Of a stretch of 64,000 bases of DNA, positions 50,643 to 63,723 are shown piece after piece. Within the stretch, counting starts at the first letter, position 1. Every line of letters begins with the position of its first letter. A program made the translations under genes and the position numbers. Under the pieces are notes generated by a model. That model searched no databases and was not told where the DNA came from. It saw only the letters and a list, made by a program, of their open reading frames with translations. Source of the stretch: an uncultured Actinomycetota bacterium. GTDB lineage: Bacteria > Actinomycetota > Actinomycetes > Propionibacteriales > Nocardioidaceae. The stretch is taken from assembly GCA_963815825.1 (NCBI GenBank), contig CAWFII010000016.1:14932-78931 (forward strand), in the 5' to 3' direction.

Positions 50643-50796
50643 GTGTCGTCCCTTCGTTCGTGGGAGCACAGGCTAGCGGGGCAGCGGCGCGCGCGGGCTC
50701 GCCCGAACGCACGCGTCGGAGGAAGCTGCAATGCCGGCCCGGCCGGAACGCTGAGGTCGACCGCCGTGCTCGGCGACCCGCAGTAGGGTCCGACAC

Positions 50797-51711
50797 ATGA
50801 TCGCCGTCAGAGCACACGCACAGCGACCACTACCCCGCGCAAGGGCGTGGGCCTGGCTGCTGCTCATGCGTCTGTCCGTCGTGCTGGGCCGGCGCGGGTA
50901 CTACCGCGTCTGCGGCTGGGCGCGGCGCTACGGCGACAAGGTGGTCGTCCGTGTGAGCGACGACACCGAGATCGTCGTGCCGGTCGGCGACATCTACTGG
51001 AACACGCTGCTCGAGGTGGACTACGAGCCGGAGGTCGCCCGGGCACTGTCGCGCCACGTCGACGAGAGCACTCACTTCCTCGACTGCGGTGCGAATGTCG
51101 GCTACTGGAGCATGGTGGTCCGCAACCTGTGTGCCAGCGTGATCGCCGTGGAGGCGAGCCCGCACACGTTCCGGCGACTCGAGGAGAACGCAGAGCTCAA
51201 CCACGCTGACCCACACCGTGTGGTGCTGCTGAACCGAGCGGTGTGGAGCGAGTCGGGCCACGAGCTGTCCATCCGCGAGCACGAGGTCCACCACGCCGCC
51301 GCCTCAGTGACCGGTGAGGCAGTGGGCTTCGACAGCCGCGACTGGCACCAGAGCAACGTGAAGTCGGTCTCCATCGCCGACCTCGTTCGCGACTACCTGC
51401 CCCACGACGCGAGCCCCGTGGTGGTCAAGCTCGACGTCGAGGGGGCCGAGCGCGAGGCACTGGACGGGGCGGAGGCGGTCGCCGGGTCACGTCCCATGTT
51501 GTTCGTCTACGAGGACCACGGGAGCGACCCGCAATGTGTCGTCACCCGTCATCTCCACGACCTCGGCTACCGCACCGCCGATCTGTCCAGCGGGGAGCCG
51601 ATGGAGGTCTCCGACGTCGCGCGGGCCAAGGTCGATTCAGGCATCGGCTACAACTTTGCGGCGTACAAGCCTGGCTCGTGGGACTGGAACCCCACCGGCC
51701 AGACGCTCTGA
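50797..51711 (+). CDS. FkbM family SAM-dependent methyltransferase
   Basis: FLDCGANVGYWS, VEASP, VKLDVEGAE. Confidence 0.9.
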   Translation: MIAVRAHAQRPLPRARAWAWLLLMRLSVVLGRRGYYRVCGWARRYGDKVVVRVSDDTEIVVPVGDIYWNTLLEVDYEPEVARALSRHVDESTHFLDCGANVGYWSMVVRNLCASVIAVEASPHTFRRLEENAELNHADPHRVVLLNRAVWSESGHELSIREHEVHHAAASVTGEAVGFDSRDWHQSNVKSVSIADLVRDYLPHDASPVVVKLDVEGAEREALDGAEAVAGSRPMLFVYEDHGSDPQCVVTRHLHDLGYRTADLSSGEPMEVSDVARAKVDSGIGYNFAAYKPGSWDWNPTGQTL

Positions 51712-51740
51712 GCCCGCGGCGCACGCGATGACGCCCGCCC

Positions 51741-52193
51741 TCAGCGGTGGGGGTCGAAGGGGCTGATCGCGCCGGAGAAGCGGATCGCCGGCAGGTTCGG
51801 CCGGCGCTCCCGGAGCGAGGTCATCGTCATCTCGAGGGCGGACTGGAGCTCGGCCACCTGCTGGCGCAGCTCGCCGTTGCGGGCGCGGAGTGCGCTGACC
51901 TGGTGCTCGAGCTCGAGGATGCGGCGTACGCCCTCCAGCCCGATGCCGGAGGCGGTCAGCTCGGCGACCGCCCGGAGGAGCTCGATGTCCCGCAGGGAGT
52001 AGCGCCGACCACCCCCACCGGTGCGTCCGGGTGAGACGAGACCCGCACGGTCGTACTGGCGCAGCGTCTGCGGGTGCAGCCCGGTCAGCTCGGCGGCCAC
52101 GCTGATCACGTACACCGGAACGGTCGGTCCCGGCACCCGCGGACCGCGACCGGGGCTACGCCGAGGGCCGGGCGTCTCACCTGTGGGCGCCAT
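51741..52193 (-). CDS. hspR: Heat-shock repressor HspR (MerR family)
   Basis: YVISVAAELTGLHPQTLRQYDRAGLVSPGRTGGGGRRYS...GIGLEGVRRIL; last gene of the dnaK operon. Confidence 0.96.
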   Translation of the reverse strand: MAPTGETPGPRRSPGRGPRVPGPTVPVYVISVAAELTGLHPQTLRQYDRAGLVSPGRTGGGGRRYSLRDIELLRAVAELTASGIGLEGVRRILELEHQVSALRARNGELRQQVAELQSALEMTMTSLRERRPNLPAIRFSGAISPFDPHR

Positions 52194-53356
52194 CAGGCAC
52201 CTCCTGCGAACAGCCGGGCGCGGGGGTCTGCGCCGGCCCGCGCCTCCCGGTAGGCCTGCACGGCCTCACGCGTCGCGTCGTCGAGTGTGTCCGGGACCTG
52301 GACGTCGACGGTGACGAGGAGGTCACCCTTGGACCCGTCCTTGCGGGTCGCCCCTCGGCCACGGACGCGCAGCACTCGGCCGTTGGGCGTGCCGGCCGGG
52401 ATCCGCAACGTGACCGGGGCTCCACCGAGCGTGGGCACCTTGATCTCCGCGCCGAGTGCGGCCTCGTCGAAGCTCACCGGGACCTCGAGCGTGAGGTTGT
52501 CGCCCTTGCGGCCGAAAAGCCGGTGCGGACGGACCGCCACGCTGATCAGCAGGTCGCCGGGAGGACCGCCGTTCTCACCACTGGCACCCTTGCCCTTGAG
52601 CCGGATCCGCTGACCGTCCTTGACGCCTGCGGGGATGCGCGCCGAGACCGTCCGCTTGGAGAGCCCCCGCCCCGACCCGTGGCACGTGGGACAGGCCTGG
52701 TCGTAGACCAGCTGTCGGCCGTGGCACTCCGGGCAGGTCTCGTTCATCGAGAAGCCGCCGCCGACGGAGCTGACCACCGAGCCGGCGCCCTCGCAGGTCG
52801 GGCACACGTGTGGCCGGGTGCCCGGCTTGCCACCGGTGCCCGAGCAGGTCGGGCACGGGGCGTCCGAGCTCAGCCGGAGAGTGATCGTCGTCCCCGCCAG
52901 CGCGTCGGCGAACTCCAGGGTGGTCTCGGTCTCCAGGTCGGCACCGCGGGCCGGCCGCGGGGCCGAGGACCGGCCGAATCCGCCGCCTCCGGCACCTCCG
53001 CCCCCGCCACTGCGGTTGAAGAGATCACCGAACAGGTCGGAGATGTCGAAACCGCCAGCCCCACCGGTCTGGCCGCCGCGGAAGTCACCACCGAACCCGC
53101 CCGGGAAACCGCCGCCCGCGAACGCGGAGCGCATCTCGTCGTACTTCGTGCGCTTCTCGGCGTCACCGATCACGTCGTAGGCCTCCGCGATCCGCTTGAA
53201 CCGGTCCTCGGCAGCCTTGTCCCCGGGGTGGCCGTCAGGGTGGTTCTCGCGCGCGAGCTTGCGATAGGCCTTCTTGATCGCCGACTGGTCGGCGTCCTTG
53301 GGCACCCCGAGGACCTTGTAGAAGTCCTTGTTGACCCAGTCAGCGTTGCCGCTCAA
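52193..53356 (-). CDS. dnaJ: Chaperone DnaJ
   Basis: J-domain HPD, G/F-rich region, CxxCxGxG zinc fingers. Confidence 0.97.
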   Translation of the reverse strand: MSGNADWVNKDFYKVLGVPKDADQSAIKKAYRKLARENHPDGHPGDKAAEDRFKRIAEAYDVIGDAEKRTKYDEMRSAFAGGGFPGGFGGDFRGGQTGGAGGFDISDLFGDLFNRSGGGGGAGGGGFGRSSAPRPARGADLETETTLEFADALAGTTITLRLSSDAPCPTCSGTGGKPGTRPHVCPTCEGAGSVVSSVGGGFSMNETCPECHGRQLVYDQACPTCHGSGRGLSKRTVSARIPAGVKDGQRIRLKGKGASGENGGPPGDLLISVAVRPHRLFGRKGDNLTLEVPVSFDEAALGAEIKVPTLGGAPVTLRIPAGTPNGRVLRVRGRGATRKDGSKGDLLVTVDVQVPDTLDDATREAVQAYREARAGADPRARLFAGGA

Positions 53357-53398
53357 TGTTCACCCCTCCTCCCAGGGTCCAGACGTGTGGCGAAGACT

Positions 53399-54060
53399 TC
53401 AGCTCTCGGGATCCAGCACGGTGACCTTCGCAGCGCGCAGCACGCGCTCGCCGATCCGGTACCCCGCGTGCGCCACCACGTCGACCGTGGTGGTCGTGAC
53501 ATCGGGCGAGTGACCGTGCATCAGGGCCTCGTGCAGCTTCGGGTCGAACTCGTCCCCCTTGGCGCCGTACTTCGTCAGCCCCAGCGCGGCCACGATGCGC
53601 TCCAGGGAGTCCGCGACGGCCTTGAAGCCGCCTGCGATCTCTTCGTGCTCACGTGCCCGGTCGATGTCGTCGAGCACCGGGAGCAGCCCGCTGAGCACCG
53701 AGTACGTGGCGTTCTGCTGGACCAGCTCGCGGTCGCGCTCGACGCGACGCTTGTAGTTCAGGAACTCGGCCTGCAGCCGCTGGAGGTCGAGCGTCCGCTC
53801 GGCCAGCGCGGTCTGCGCCAACGCGAGCTCGTCGCTCGCCGCCAGGTCGTCACCCCCGGGCACCGGGGCGGGCTCGTCGGCGACGTCGCCGAAGCTCCCG
53901 GACTCGTCAGGGTGGGCCTCGGGGTCGCCCCCGGGGCGCCGGGCCCCCGGGCGGGGAGCCGCAGTCGCCTGCGACTCCCCCACCGGCTGGTCAGCACCCA
54001 GGTCAGGTTCGGTCCCGAGATCGTCCTCGACCCCTGTCGGCTCCTCGTCGGGTGCGGAGG

Positions 54061-54064
<4 letters not shown>
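53399..54064 (-). CDS. grpE: Nucleotide exchange factor GrpE
   Basis: [43 protein letters not shown]. Confidence 0.96.
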
Positions 54065-55941
<1,877 letters not shown>

Positions 55942-56029
55942 GTGTTCCTACCTCCGTGTGTGATACGTCTGTGGGTCCGTTCGGGACCACGACGCGATGG
56001 TTGCCTGCTGCGGTTCTCATGTCAAACAA

Positions 56030-56050
56030 GTTGAGCCTGTTGGACTCAAG
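56030..56050. promoter_or_regulatory. HAIR (HspR) operator upstream of dnaK
   Basis: GTTGAGC-N7-ACTCAAG. Confidence 0.85.
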
Positions 56051-56156
56051 TCTGCACGATGGTTCCAACCGCTCGACACCGGGTCTTGTTCCCGTGTCGC
56101 CTGATCGATCTTGCGCCGGTGTTCTCAAACCGGTCCGGTACCGGCAGGCTTGCCCC

Positions 56157-57596
56157 ATGCCGACCCCCACGACCGTCGTCCTCTTCGGCGCCACCGGCGA
56201 CCTCGCGCAGCGCAAGCTTCTCCCCGGGCTGCTGCACCTGTTCCAGTCCGGCCTGATGACCGAGGTGCAGCTCGTGGGCACCTCGCTCGACGAGCACGAC
56301 CGCGACTCGTTCGTCGAGTTCGCCCGCAACGCGGTCGCCGAGTACGGGGGCGAGGGTCCCGACCCCCACGGGTGGCCGGAGTTCGCCAAGCGGCTGCACT
56401 GGGCTCCGGGCAAGGGCGGTGCCGAGGCGCTCCGCGCCACCGTCGCCGACGCGGAGGCCCAGTTCGACAGCGACGACCTGCGACGGCTCCACTACCTCAG
56501 CGTCCCGCCCAAGGCGGCCCTCCCGGTGGTGCACCTGCTGGGCGAGGCGGGACTCGTCGACCGCAGCCGGATCATCATGGAGAAGCCGTTCGGGACGGAC
56601 CTGGCTTCGGCACGAAGGCTCAACGGCGAGCTCCACGAGATCTTCGCGGAGGAGCAGATCTTCCGGATCGACCACTTCCTGGGCAAGGAGGCAGCCCAGA
56701 ACATCCTGGCCTTCAGGTTCGCCAACGGGCTGTTCGAGCCGATCTGGCACCGCAACCACATCGACCACGTCCAGATCGACGTCCCGGAGCAGCTCGGGCT
56801 CGCGCAGCGTGGGGACTTCTACGAGTCCACCGGCGCCTACCGGGACATGGTCGTCACGCACCTCTTCCAGGTGCTTGCCTTCACCGCGATGGAGCCCCCG
56901 ACCGCGCTGGAGCCCTACGCCATCGGGGAGGAGAAGAACAAGGTCTTCCGGTCGATGCTGCCGATCGAGCCCTCCGACGTGGTGCGGGGCCAGTACGTCG
57001 GCTACCGCGACGTACCGGGGGTGGCGCCCGACTCCGAGACCGAGACCTTCATCGCCCTGAAGTGCTACGTCGACAACTGGAGGTGGGCGGGGGTGCCCTT
57101 CTACCTGCGCACCGGCAAGCGACTGGCCGAGGGGGCCCGGATCATCTCGATCGCCTTCCGCGAGCCCCCACGCTCGATGTTCCCGCCCGGATCCGGTGTG
57201 GGGGACAACGGTCCTGACCACCTCACCTTCGACCTCGCCGACGAGTCGCGGATGTCGCTGTCCTTCTACGGCAAGCGGCCCGGCCCCGGGATGCGGCTGC
57301 AGAAGCTGTCCATGCAGTTCGCCATGCACGAGACCGACTGGGCCGGGGCCGGGCTGGAGGCGTACGAGCGGTTGATCTACGACGCAGCGAGAGGGGACCG
57401 GACGCTGTTCACCACCGCGGAGGGCATCGAACGACTCTGGGAGATCTCGACTCCGCTGCTGGACAACCCACCCGTCGTACGCCCCTACCAGGAGGGCTCC
57501 TGGGGTCCCAACCGGGTGCACCAGCTGATCGCCCCGCGGGCCTGGCGGCTCCCGTTCGAGCGGGGCTGGCGCGACCCCAACGCCGTGGGCTCCTGA
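56157..57596 (+). CDS. zwf: Glucose-6-phosphate 1-dehydrogenase
   Basis: FGATGDLAQRKL, MEKPFG, RIDHFLGKE, RWAGVPFYLRTGK, AYERL. Confidence 0.96.
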   Translation: MPTPTTVVLFGATGDLAQRKLLPGLLHLFQSGLMTEVQLVGTSLDEHDRDSFVEFARNAVAEYGGEGPDPHGWPEFAKRLHWAPGKGGAEALRATVADAEAQFDSDDLRRLHYLSVPPKAALPVVHLLGEAGLVDRSRIIMEKPFGTDLASARRLNGELHEIFAEEQIFRIDHFLGKEAAQNILAFRFANGLFEPIWHRNHIDHVQIDVPEQLGLAQRGDFYESTGAYRDMVVTHLFQVLAFTAMEPPTALEPYAIGEEKNKVFRSMLPIEPSDVVRGQYVGYRDVPGVAPDSETETFIALKCYVDNWRWAGVPFYLRTGKRLAEGARIISIAFREPPRSMFPPGSGVGDNGPDHLTFDLADESRMSLSFYGKRPGPGMRLQKLSMQFAMHETDWAGAGLEAYERLIYDAARGDRTLFTTAEGIERLWEISTPLLDNPPVVRPYQEGSWGPNRVHQLIAPRAWRLPFERGWRDPNAVGS

Positions 57597-57668
57597 TCTG
57601 GGTCCCGCTCAGCCGACGTCGTGGGAGGACCGAGGAATAGTCGGCCCCCCGAGCTTGTAGGAACAGGT

Positions 57669-58517
57669 ATGGCTACTGTCCCGAACCTGACCCTCAACGA
57701 CGGCAACACCATCCCCCAGCTCGGCTTCGGTGTCTTCCAGGTCCCACCTGCCGACACCGCCCGCGTCACCGGCCAGGCGTTCGACGCCGGCTATCGACAC
57801 ATCGACACCGCACAGATGTACGGCAACGAGCGAGGCGTCGGCGAGGCGATCCGCGCCTCCGGCATCCCTCGCGACGAGCTGTTCATCACCAGCAAGCTCA
57901 ACAACAGCTTCCACGAGCCCGCCGCGGCGCGCGACGCCTTCGAGAAGACCCTGGCCGACCTCGGCCTCGACCAGATCGACCTCTTCTTGATCCACTGGCC
58001 GCTGCCGACCCGCTACGACGGCGACTTCGTGTCCACCTGGAAGACCATGATCGAGTTCAAGGAGGACGGGCGCGCGCGGTCCGTCGGCGTCTCCAACTTC
58101 CAGCCCGACCACCTCGCCCGGTTGGCGCAGGAGACCGACCTGGTCCCCGCCGTGAACCAGATCGAGGTGCATCCCTACCTCACCAACGAGGTCGCCCGCA
58201 CCGCCAGCCGCGACGCCGGCATCCTGGTCGAGGCCTGGTCGCCCATCGCGCAGGGCGGCGTGCTCGATGACGCCACCATCGTCAAGATCGCCGAGCACGT
58301 CGGCCGTACGCCGGCACAGGTGACGCTGCGCTGGCACATCCAGCGAGGGGACATCGTCTTCCCGAAGTCCTCCACCCCGGAGCGGATCGAGGAGAACTTC
58401 GCGCTCTTCGACTTCGAGCTCGACGACCAGGCGATGGACGCCATCAGCGCGCTCGACCGCGGCGAGGAGGGCCGGACCGGCCCGAACCCCGACGAGTTCG
58501 ACATGATCCCCGACTGA
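57669..58517 (+). CDS. Aldo/keto reductase (2,5-diketo-D-gluconate reductase-like)
   Basis: IPQLGFGVFQ, GYRHIDTAQMYGNE, DLFLIHWP, GVSNF, NQIEVHP, FPKS. Confidence 0.93.
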   Translation: MATVPNLTLNDGNTIPQLGFGVFQVPPADTARVTGQAFDAGYRHIDTAQMYGNERGVGEAIRASGIPRDELFITSKLNNSFHEPAAARDAFEKTLADLGLDQIDLFLIHWPLPTRYDGDFVSTWKTMIEFKEDGRARSVGVSNFQPDHLARLAQETDLVPAVNQIEVHPYLTNEVARTASRDAGILVEAWSPIAQGGVLDDATIVKIAEHVGRTPAQVTLRWHIQRGDIVFPKSSTPERIEENFALFDFELDDQAMDAISALDRGEEGRTGPNPDEFDMIPD

Positions 58518-58554
58518 GCAGCCCTCGGCGAGACGATCCCGCGGGCCGGGCGGG

Positions 58555-59112
58555 TCAGCCGATCGTGACGAGCACGACGTTGCTGCCCTTCTTGGCCTGC
58601 GGGTCGTACATCCGCAGCCGCTGCTCCCCGGTGCGCGCGGTCTGGATGTAAGTCGCGTAGGTGCCGACCCGCACGGTCGCCTGCACCCCGAAGTCGCGCC
58701 ACTGGGCGTCGGTGTAGCGCTGCACCTCCAACGTCACGTTGTCCGCACCCTGGTAGGTCCCGGTCAGGTTCACCCGCTCCATCGGACGGGCCTTGACCGG
58801 AGAGATGTCGAGCTGGACGTCCTGGCGCTTGCTGGTGTCCTGGGTGGCACTGGGTTCCGCGGTCGGTGCGTCCTCAGCGCTGTCCTGTCCGGGAACGGGG
58901 AGTGCGGTCGTCGGCAGCGGTGCCCGCGGCGTGGCGGGATCGGCTCCCACCGGGCCGGCCGACTGTCCCTCGTCGAGGCCGAGCGCACGGACCACGAGCG
59001 TCGTCCCGAGCGCGATGACGATGCCGATCACCACCACCACGCCCACCGCCTTCAGCAGCGCCGCGCGGACCTGCGCGGAGCGCTCGCCGTCGTCCTGCTC
59101 GTCGTCGTCCAT
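58555..59112 (-). CDS. Hypothetical membrane-anchored protein with a beta-rich C-terminal domain
   Basis: Single TM (AVGVVVVIGIVIALG), Pro/Thr linker, then a C-terminal domain. Confidence 0.65.
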   Translation of the reverse strand: MDDDEQDDGERSAQVRAALLKAVGVVVVIGIVIALGTTLVVRALGLDEGQSAGPVGADPATPRAPLPTTALPVPGQDSAEDAPTAEPSATQDTSKRQDVQLDISPVKARPMERVNLTGTYQGADNVTLEVQRYTDAQWRDFGVQATVRVGTYATYIQTARTGEQRLRMYDPQAKKGSNVVLVTIG

Positions 59113-59231
59113 TCCGCCCCGCAGTCCTCTCACCTCGGCCCGTGACCCGGCCTCGAGAGTACCCACCCCCTCGGCGGTCGCCACACGAAACCCGCTCCGC
59201 GGACCGGCCCCCCGGTGTCCCCGGGGGACTG

Positions 59232-59261
59232 CCGGTTTCCCCGGTCGGCCGGGGAAACCGG
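59232..59261. repeat. 13-bp perfect hairpin, adjacent to a degenerate GTTGTAC hairpin, upstream of AbiEi copy 2
   Basis: ccggtttccccgg-tcgg-ccggggaaaccgg; then gttgtacggcgatcc...ggatcgc. Confidence 0.7.
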
Positions 59262-59411
59262 GGGTTGTACGGCGATCCTTTGCCCCCCAACCCCGGGGAT
59301 CGCTGCTCCACCCCACCCCTTTTGCGTCCACACCCGGACACGGGCCGCGGCGGATCCCCAGATGATCCTTCCGTACGACGTACGCCCCGGCGCTGAGCCC
59401 ATCCTCGTCTC

Positions 59412-60362
59412 ATGCACGATGAACTTCGGTCGATCTGTGATGCCCATGGTGTCTTCCTGCGCCGCGACGCGCTCTGCTTGGGATACGACGACCGTGCGCT
59501 GTCCAGAACGATGAGGGCGGGCACGATCACCCGAATCCGTCACGGAGCCTACGTCTTCTCCGAGCGGTGGCGCGGCCTCGATGATCCCGGTCGGCACCTG
59601 CTCCGAGCGCGCGCCGTACTTCGAACCGCGCAGTCGCAGGTCGCGCTCTCGCACACGACGGCCCTGCTCGTGATGGGCGTACCGGTGTGGGATCTGTCCC
59701 TCGACGAGGTGCACCTCACGCGTCTCGATGGACGGGCAGGGCGTCGCGAAGCCGGCGTGGCGCAGCATCGCGGACGCATCATCCCTGGCGACGTTCGGGC
59801 TTGCGGCGAGCTCCTCGTCACCTCTCCGACACGCACCGCGCTCGACCTGACCACGATCACCGACGTCGAGCACTGCCTGCCCGTCGTGGATCACCTGCTG
59901 CACGACAAGGCGGTGACCAAGGCAGACCTGCGCACCCGTGCCGCAGGGATGACGTTCTGGCCGGGCACACTCGCGACAGACCTCACGATCCGCCTCGCTG
60001 ACGGTCGATCCGAGTCCGTCGGTGAATCAAGAGCCAGTCACCTGTTCTGGCGCGAAGGCCTGCCAAAGCCCCAGCTGCAATACGAGATCGTCAACGCTCG
60101 CGGCGAATGCGTCGCGAGAGTGGACTTCGCCTGGCCGGAGTACGGCGTCTTTCTGGAGTTCGACGGCAAGGCGAAGTACGAGAAGCTGCGGAAGGAACGC
60201 GAGTCGGTTCTGGACGTCGTACTCCGTGAGAAGAAGCGTGAGGAGATGATCTGTCGCCTCACCGGCTGGCGGTGCGTTCGCATCACGTGGGCCGATCTCT
60301 ACCAGCCGCACGCGACAGCCCGATACATCCGCTCGGTGCTCGCGGGCGGCCCAGTTCACTGA
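59412..60362 (+). CDS. AbiEi-antitoxin-N-terminal-like / DUF559-type nuclease-domain protein, copy 2
   Basis: HGVFLRRDA...IRHGAY, LSHTTA, VTSPTRTALDL, SESVGES, ARVDFAW...LEFDGKAKY; homologous to 33424-34452. Confidence 0.82.
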   Translation: MHDELRSICDAHGVFLRRDALCLGYDDRALSRTMRAGTITRIRHGAYVFSERWRGLDDPGRHLLRARAVLRTAQSQVALSHTTALLVMGVPVWDLSLDEVHLTRLDGRAGRREAGVAQHRGRIIPGDVRACGELLVTSPTRTALDLTTITDVEHCLPVVDHLLHDKAVTKADLRTRAAGMTFWPGTLATDLTIRLADGRSESVGESRASHLFWREGLPKPQLQYEIVNARGECVARVDFAWPEYGVFLEFDGKAKYEKLRKERESVLDVVLREKKREEMICRLTGWRCVRITWADLYQPHATARYIRSVLAGGPVH

Positions 60363-60377
60363 GACAAGTCGGATGGA

Positions 60378-60425
60378 GTTGTGCACCGATCCCTGTCCCT
60401 GTGGGGTGAAGTTTCGGTGCACAAC
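60378..60425. repeat. REP-like hairpin GTTGTGCACCGA...TCGGTGCACAAC downstream of AbiEi copy 2
   Basis: 12-bp perfect arms with a 24-nt loop. Confidence 0.75.
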
Positions 60426-60463
60426 GTCAGGATTCACCGGTCAGCCGGGGAAACCTGCGTCGG

Positions 60464-61539
<1,076 letters not shown>

Positions 61540-61543
<4 letters not shown>

Positions 61544-62607
61544 GACAGCCTCGGGGAGATGTCCTGCGCCCAGATCTGCCGGCGCTCGTCGGGCGGGATG
61601 TGGCAGGCGACGAAGTGACCGACACCGCCGTCGATCAGGTCGGGCCGGTCGGACATGCAGGCCGATCCGACCCGCGGCTGGTAGTCGCAGCGTGGGTTGA
61701 AGGCGCACCCGGCCGGCACCTTGATCAGGCTCGGCGGGGTGCCCTTGATCGGCAGCAGCCGATCGGTCGGCGCCTTGTCGAAACGCGGCATCGAGCTGAG
61801 CAGCCCCCACGTGTAGGGGTGCTCAGGAGCGTTGAACAGCTTCTCCGCCGTGCCGTACTCGGCAGCACGTCCGGCGTACATCACCATGATGTCGTCAGCG
61901 AGCTCCGCGACCACTCCCAGGTCGTGGGTGATGATCACGACTGCGGAGTTGAACTCCTGCTGCAGGTCGCGGATCAGGTCGAGGATCTGCGCCTGCACGG
62001 TCACGTCGAGCGCGGTGGTCGGCTCGTCGGCGATGAGCAGGTGCGGGTCGCAGGAGAGCGACATCGCGATCATCGCCCGCTGGCGCATCCCACCCGAGAA
62101 CTGGTGGGGGTAGGCGTCGACGCGCTTGCCCGGCTCAGGGATGCCTACCCGGTCGAGCATGTCGATCGCGTGCGCCCGTGCAGCCTTCTTGGAGACCGAG
62201 TTGTGGATCCGGTAGGCCTCGATGATCTGGTTGCCCACCGTGTAGAACGGGTGCATCGCCGAGAGCGGGTCCTGGAAGATCATCGCCATCTTCTTGCCGC
62301 GCAGCTTGCGCACGACCTCGGGGTCGGCGCCGACGAGCTCCTGGCCCTCGAGCTTGATCGATCCGGTGATGTGGGCGTTGCTCGCCGTGTGCAGCCCCAT
62401 CACGGCCATGCTCGTCACGGACTTGCCCGAGCCGGACTCACCGACGATGCCGAGCGTCTGACCACGGTCGAGGTGGAAGGAGAGCCCGTCCACGGACTTC
62501 ACCACTCCGTCGTCGGTGGTGAAGTGCACCCGGAGGTCGTCGACCTCGAGGTGGTGGGCACCGGTGGTGCCGGGTGATCGCGTGGTCGCGGGCGTCACCG
62601 TGGTCAT
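61540..62607 (-). CDS. Oligopeptide ABC transporter ATPase (OppD/BldKD-like)
   Basis: [31 protein letters not shown]. Confidence 0.93.
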
Positions 62608-63617
62608 CTGGTCCCCACTCTCGGGTCGATCACGGCGTACAGCAGATCGACCAGCAGGTTCATCACTGCCACGGCGACGGCGGTGATCAGCACCACGGCG
62701 AGCACCTGCGGGAGGTCGTTCGACTTGGTGCCCTGGATCGCGAGCTGGCCGAGCCCGGGCAGTCCGAACACGGTCTCGGTGAGCACGGCGCCACCGATGA
62801 GCAGCCCGAAGTCGAGGCCGAAGATCGTCACGATCGGGGTCAGCGCTGCCCGCAGTCCGTGCTTGACCACCACCCTGCGTTCCTTGAGACCCTTCGCCCG
62901 CGCCGTGCGGATGTAGTCCTCGCCCATGGTCTCCAGCATGCCCGCACGGGTGAGTCGCGCGTACTGCGCGGAGAACAGCAGGGCAAGCGTGATCCACGGC
63001 AACAGCAGGGCATGGGCCCACTTCGCCGGATTCTCGGTGAGGCTGACGTAGGACGCACCCGGTGGCGTCCAGCCGAGCTGATAGCTGAAGAAGGCCAAGG
63101 AGACGAGGCCCGTCCAGAAGATGGGGAGCGAGACGCCGGCCAGCGCGATCGTCATGGCGACGCGGTCGAAGACGGAGCCCTTCTTCAGGGCTGAGAGCAC
63201 CCCGGTCGAGACGCCGAAGATCAGCCAGATCACGGCCGCACCGCCGGCCAGGGACATGGTCACCGGGAACCGGCGCTGGATCTCGGGCAGCACGGGGCTC
63301 TTGTTGCGGAACGAGTAGCCCAGGCACGGAGCCGGGCACTTCTCGACACCGGCGCCGATGTCGTACTCGGTGCCGGCGACGACACCCTTCACCCACCGGC
63401 CGTACTGCACCGGGACGGGGTCGTAGAAGCCCAGGCGCTGGGCGGTCTGCTCGACCGTGGCACCGGTCGCCGAGCGGCCGACGTAGCGCGTCGCGAGCGT
63501 CTCCGGGGTGGCGCCCGCGAGCCGCGGCATCAGGTAGAAGATCGCGAACGTGATCATGGTGATCACGATGACGAGCCCGACCGCCGCGATGAGGCGCCGG
63601 ATGATGTAGCTGATCAA
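62604..63617 (-). CDS. Oligopeptide ABC transporter permease (OppB/BldKC-like)
   Basis: YIRTARAKGL EAA motif, ETVFGLPGLG. Confidence 0.93.
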   Translation of the reverse strand: MISYIIRRLIAAVGLVIVITMITFAIFYLMPRLAGATPETLATRYVGRSATGATVEQTAQRLGFYDPVPVQYGRWVKGVVAGTEYDIGAGVEKCPAPCLGYSFRNKSPVLPEIQRRFPVTMSLAGGAAVIWLIFGVSTGVLSALKKGSVFDRVAMTIALAGVSLPIFWTGLVSLAFFSYQLGWTPPGASYVSLTENPAKWAHALLLPWITLALLFSAQYARLTRAGMLETMGEDYIRTARAKGLKERRVVVKHGLRAALTPIVTIFGLDFGLLIGGAVLTETVFGLPGLGQLAIQGTKSNDLPQVLAVVLITAVAVAVMNLLVDLLYAVIDPRVGTR

Positions 63618-63629
63618 GACTTCGGCTCC

Positions 63630-63676
63630 GTGGCCGGCCCCGTCCGAGATGTCGTTCCAGGGACGGGACCGGCCAC
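63630..63676 (-). terminator. Intra-operon stem-loop between the binding-protein and permease genes
   Basis: 16-bp stem whose single mismatch is a G-U pair on the transcribed (minus) strand. Confidence 0.6.
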
Positions 63677-63723
63677 GATTGCCTTCACCTACCTTCGGTG
63701 TCGTTGAGGAGGTGCAGGAGCTG

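Noticed and set aside
46881-51711. KAIL peptide 2 with GT4 and FkbM as a RiPP biosynthetic cluster
   Set aside because: The genes are not co-oriented and are separated by DUF445/Abi-alpha; copy 1 has no such enzymes; no RiPP-type maturase, protease or exporter is present. The peptide has a Sec-type signal rather than a RiPP leader.
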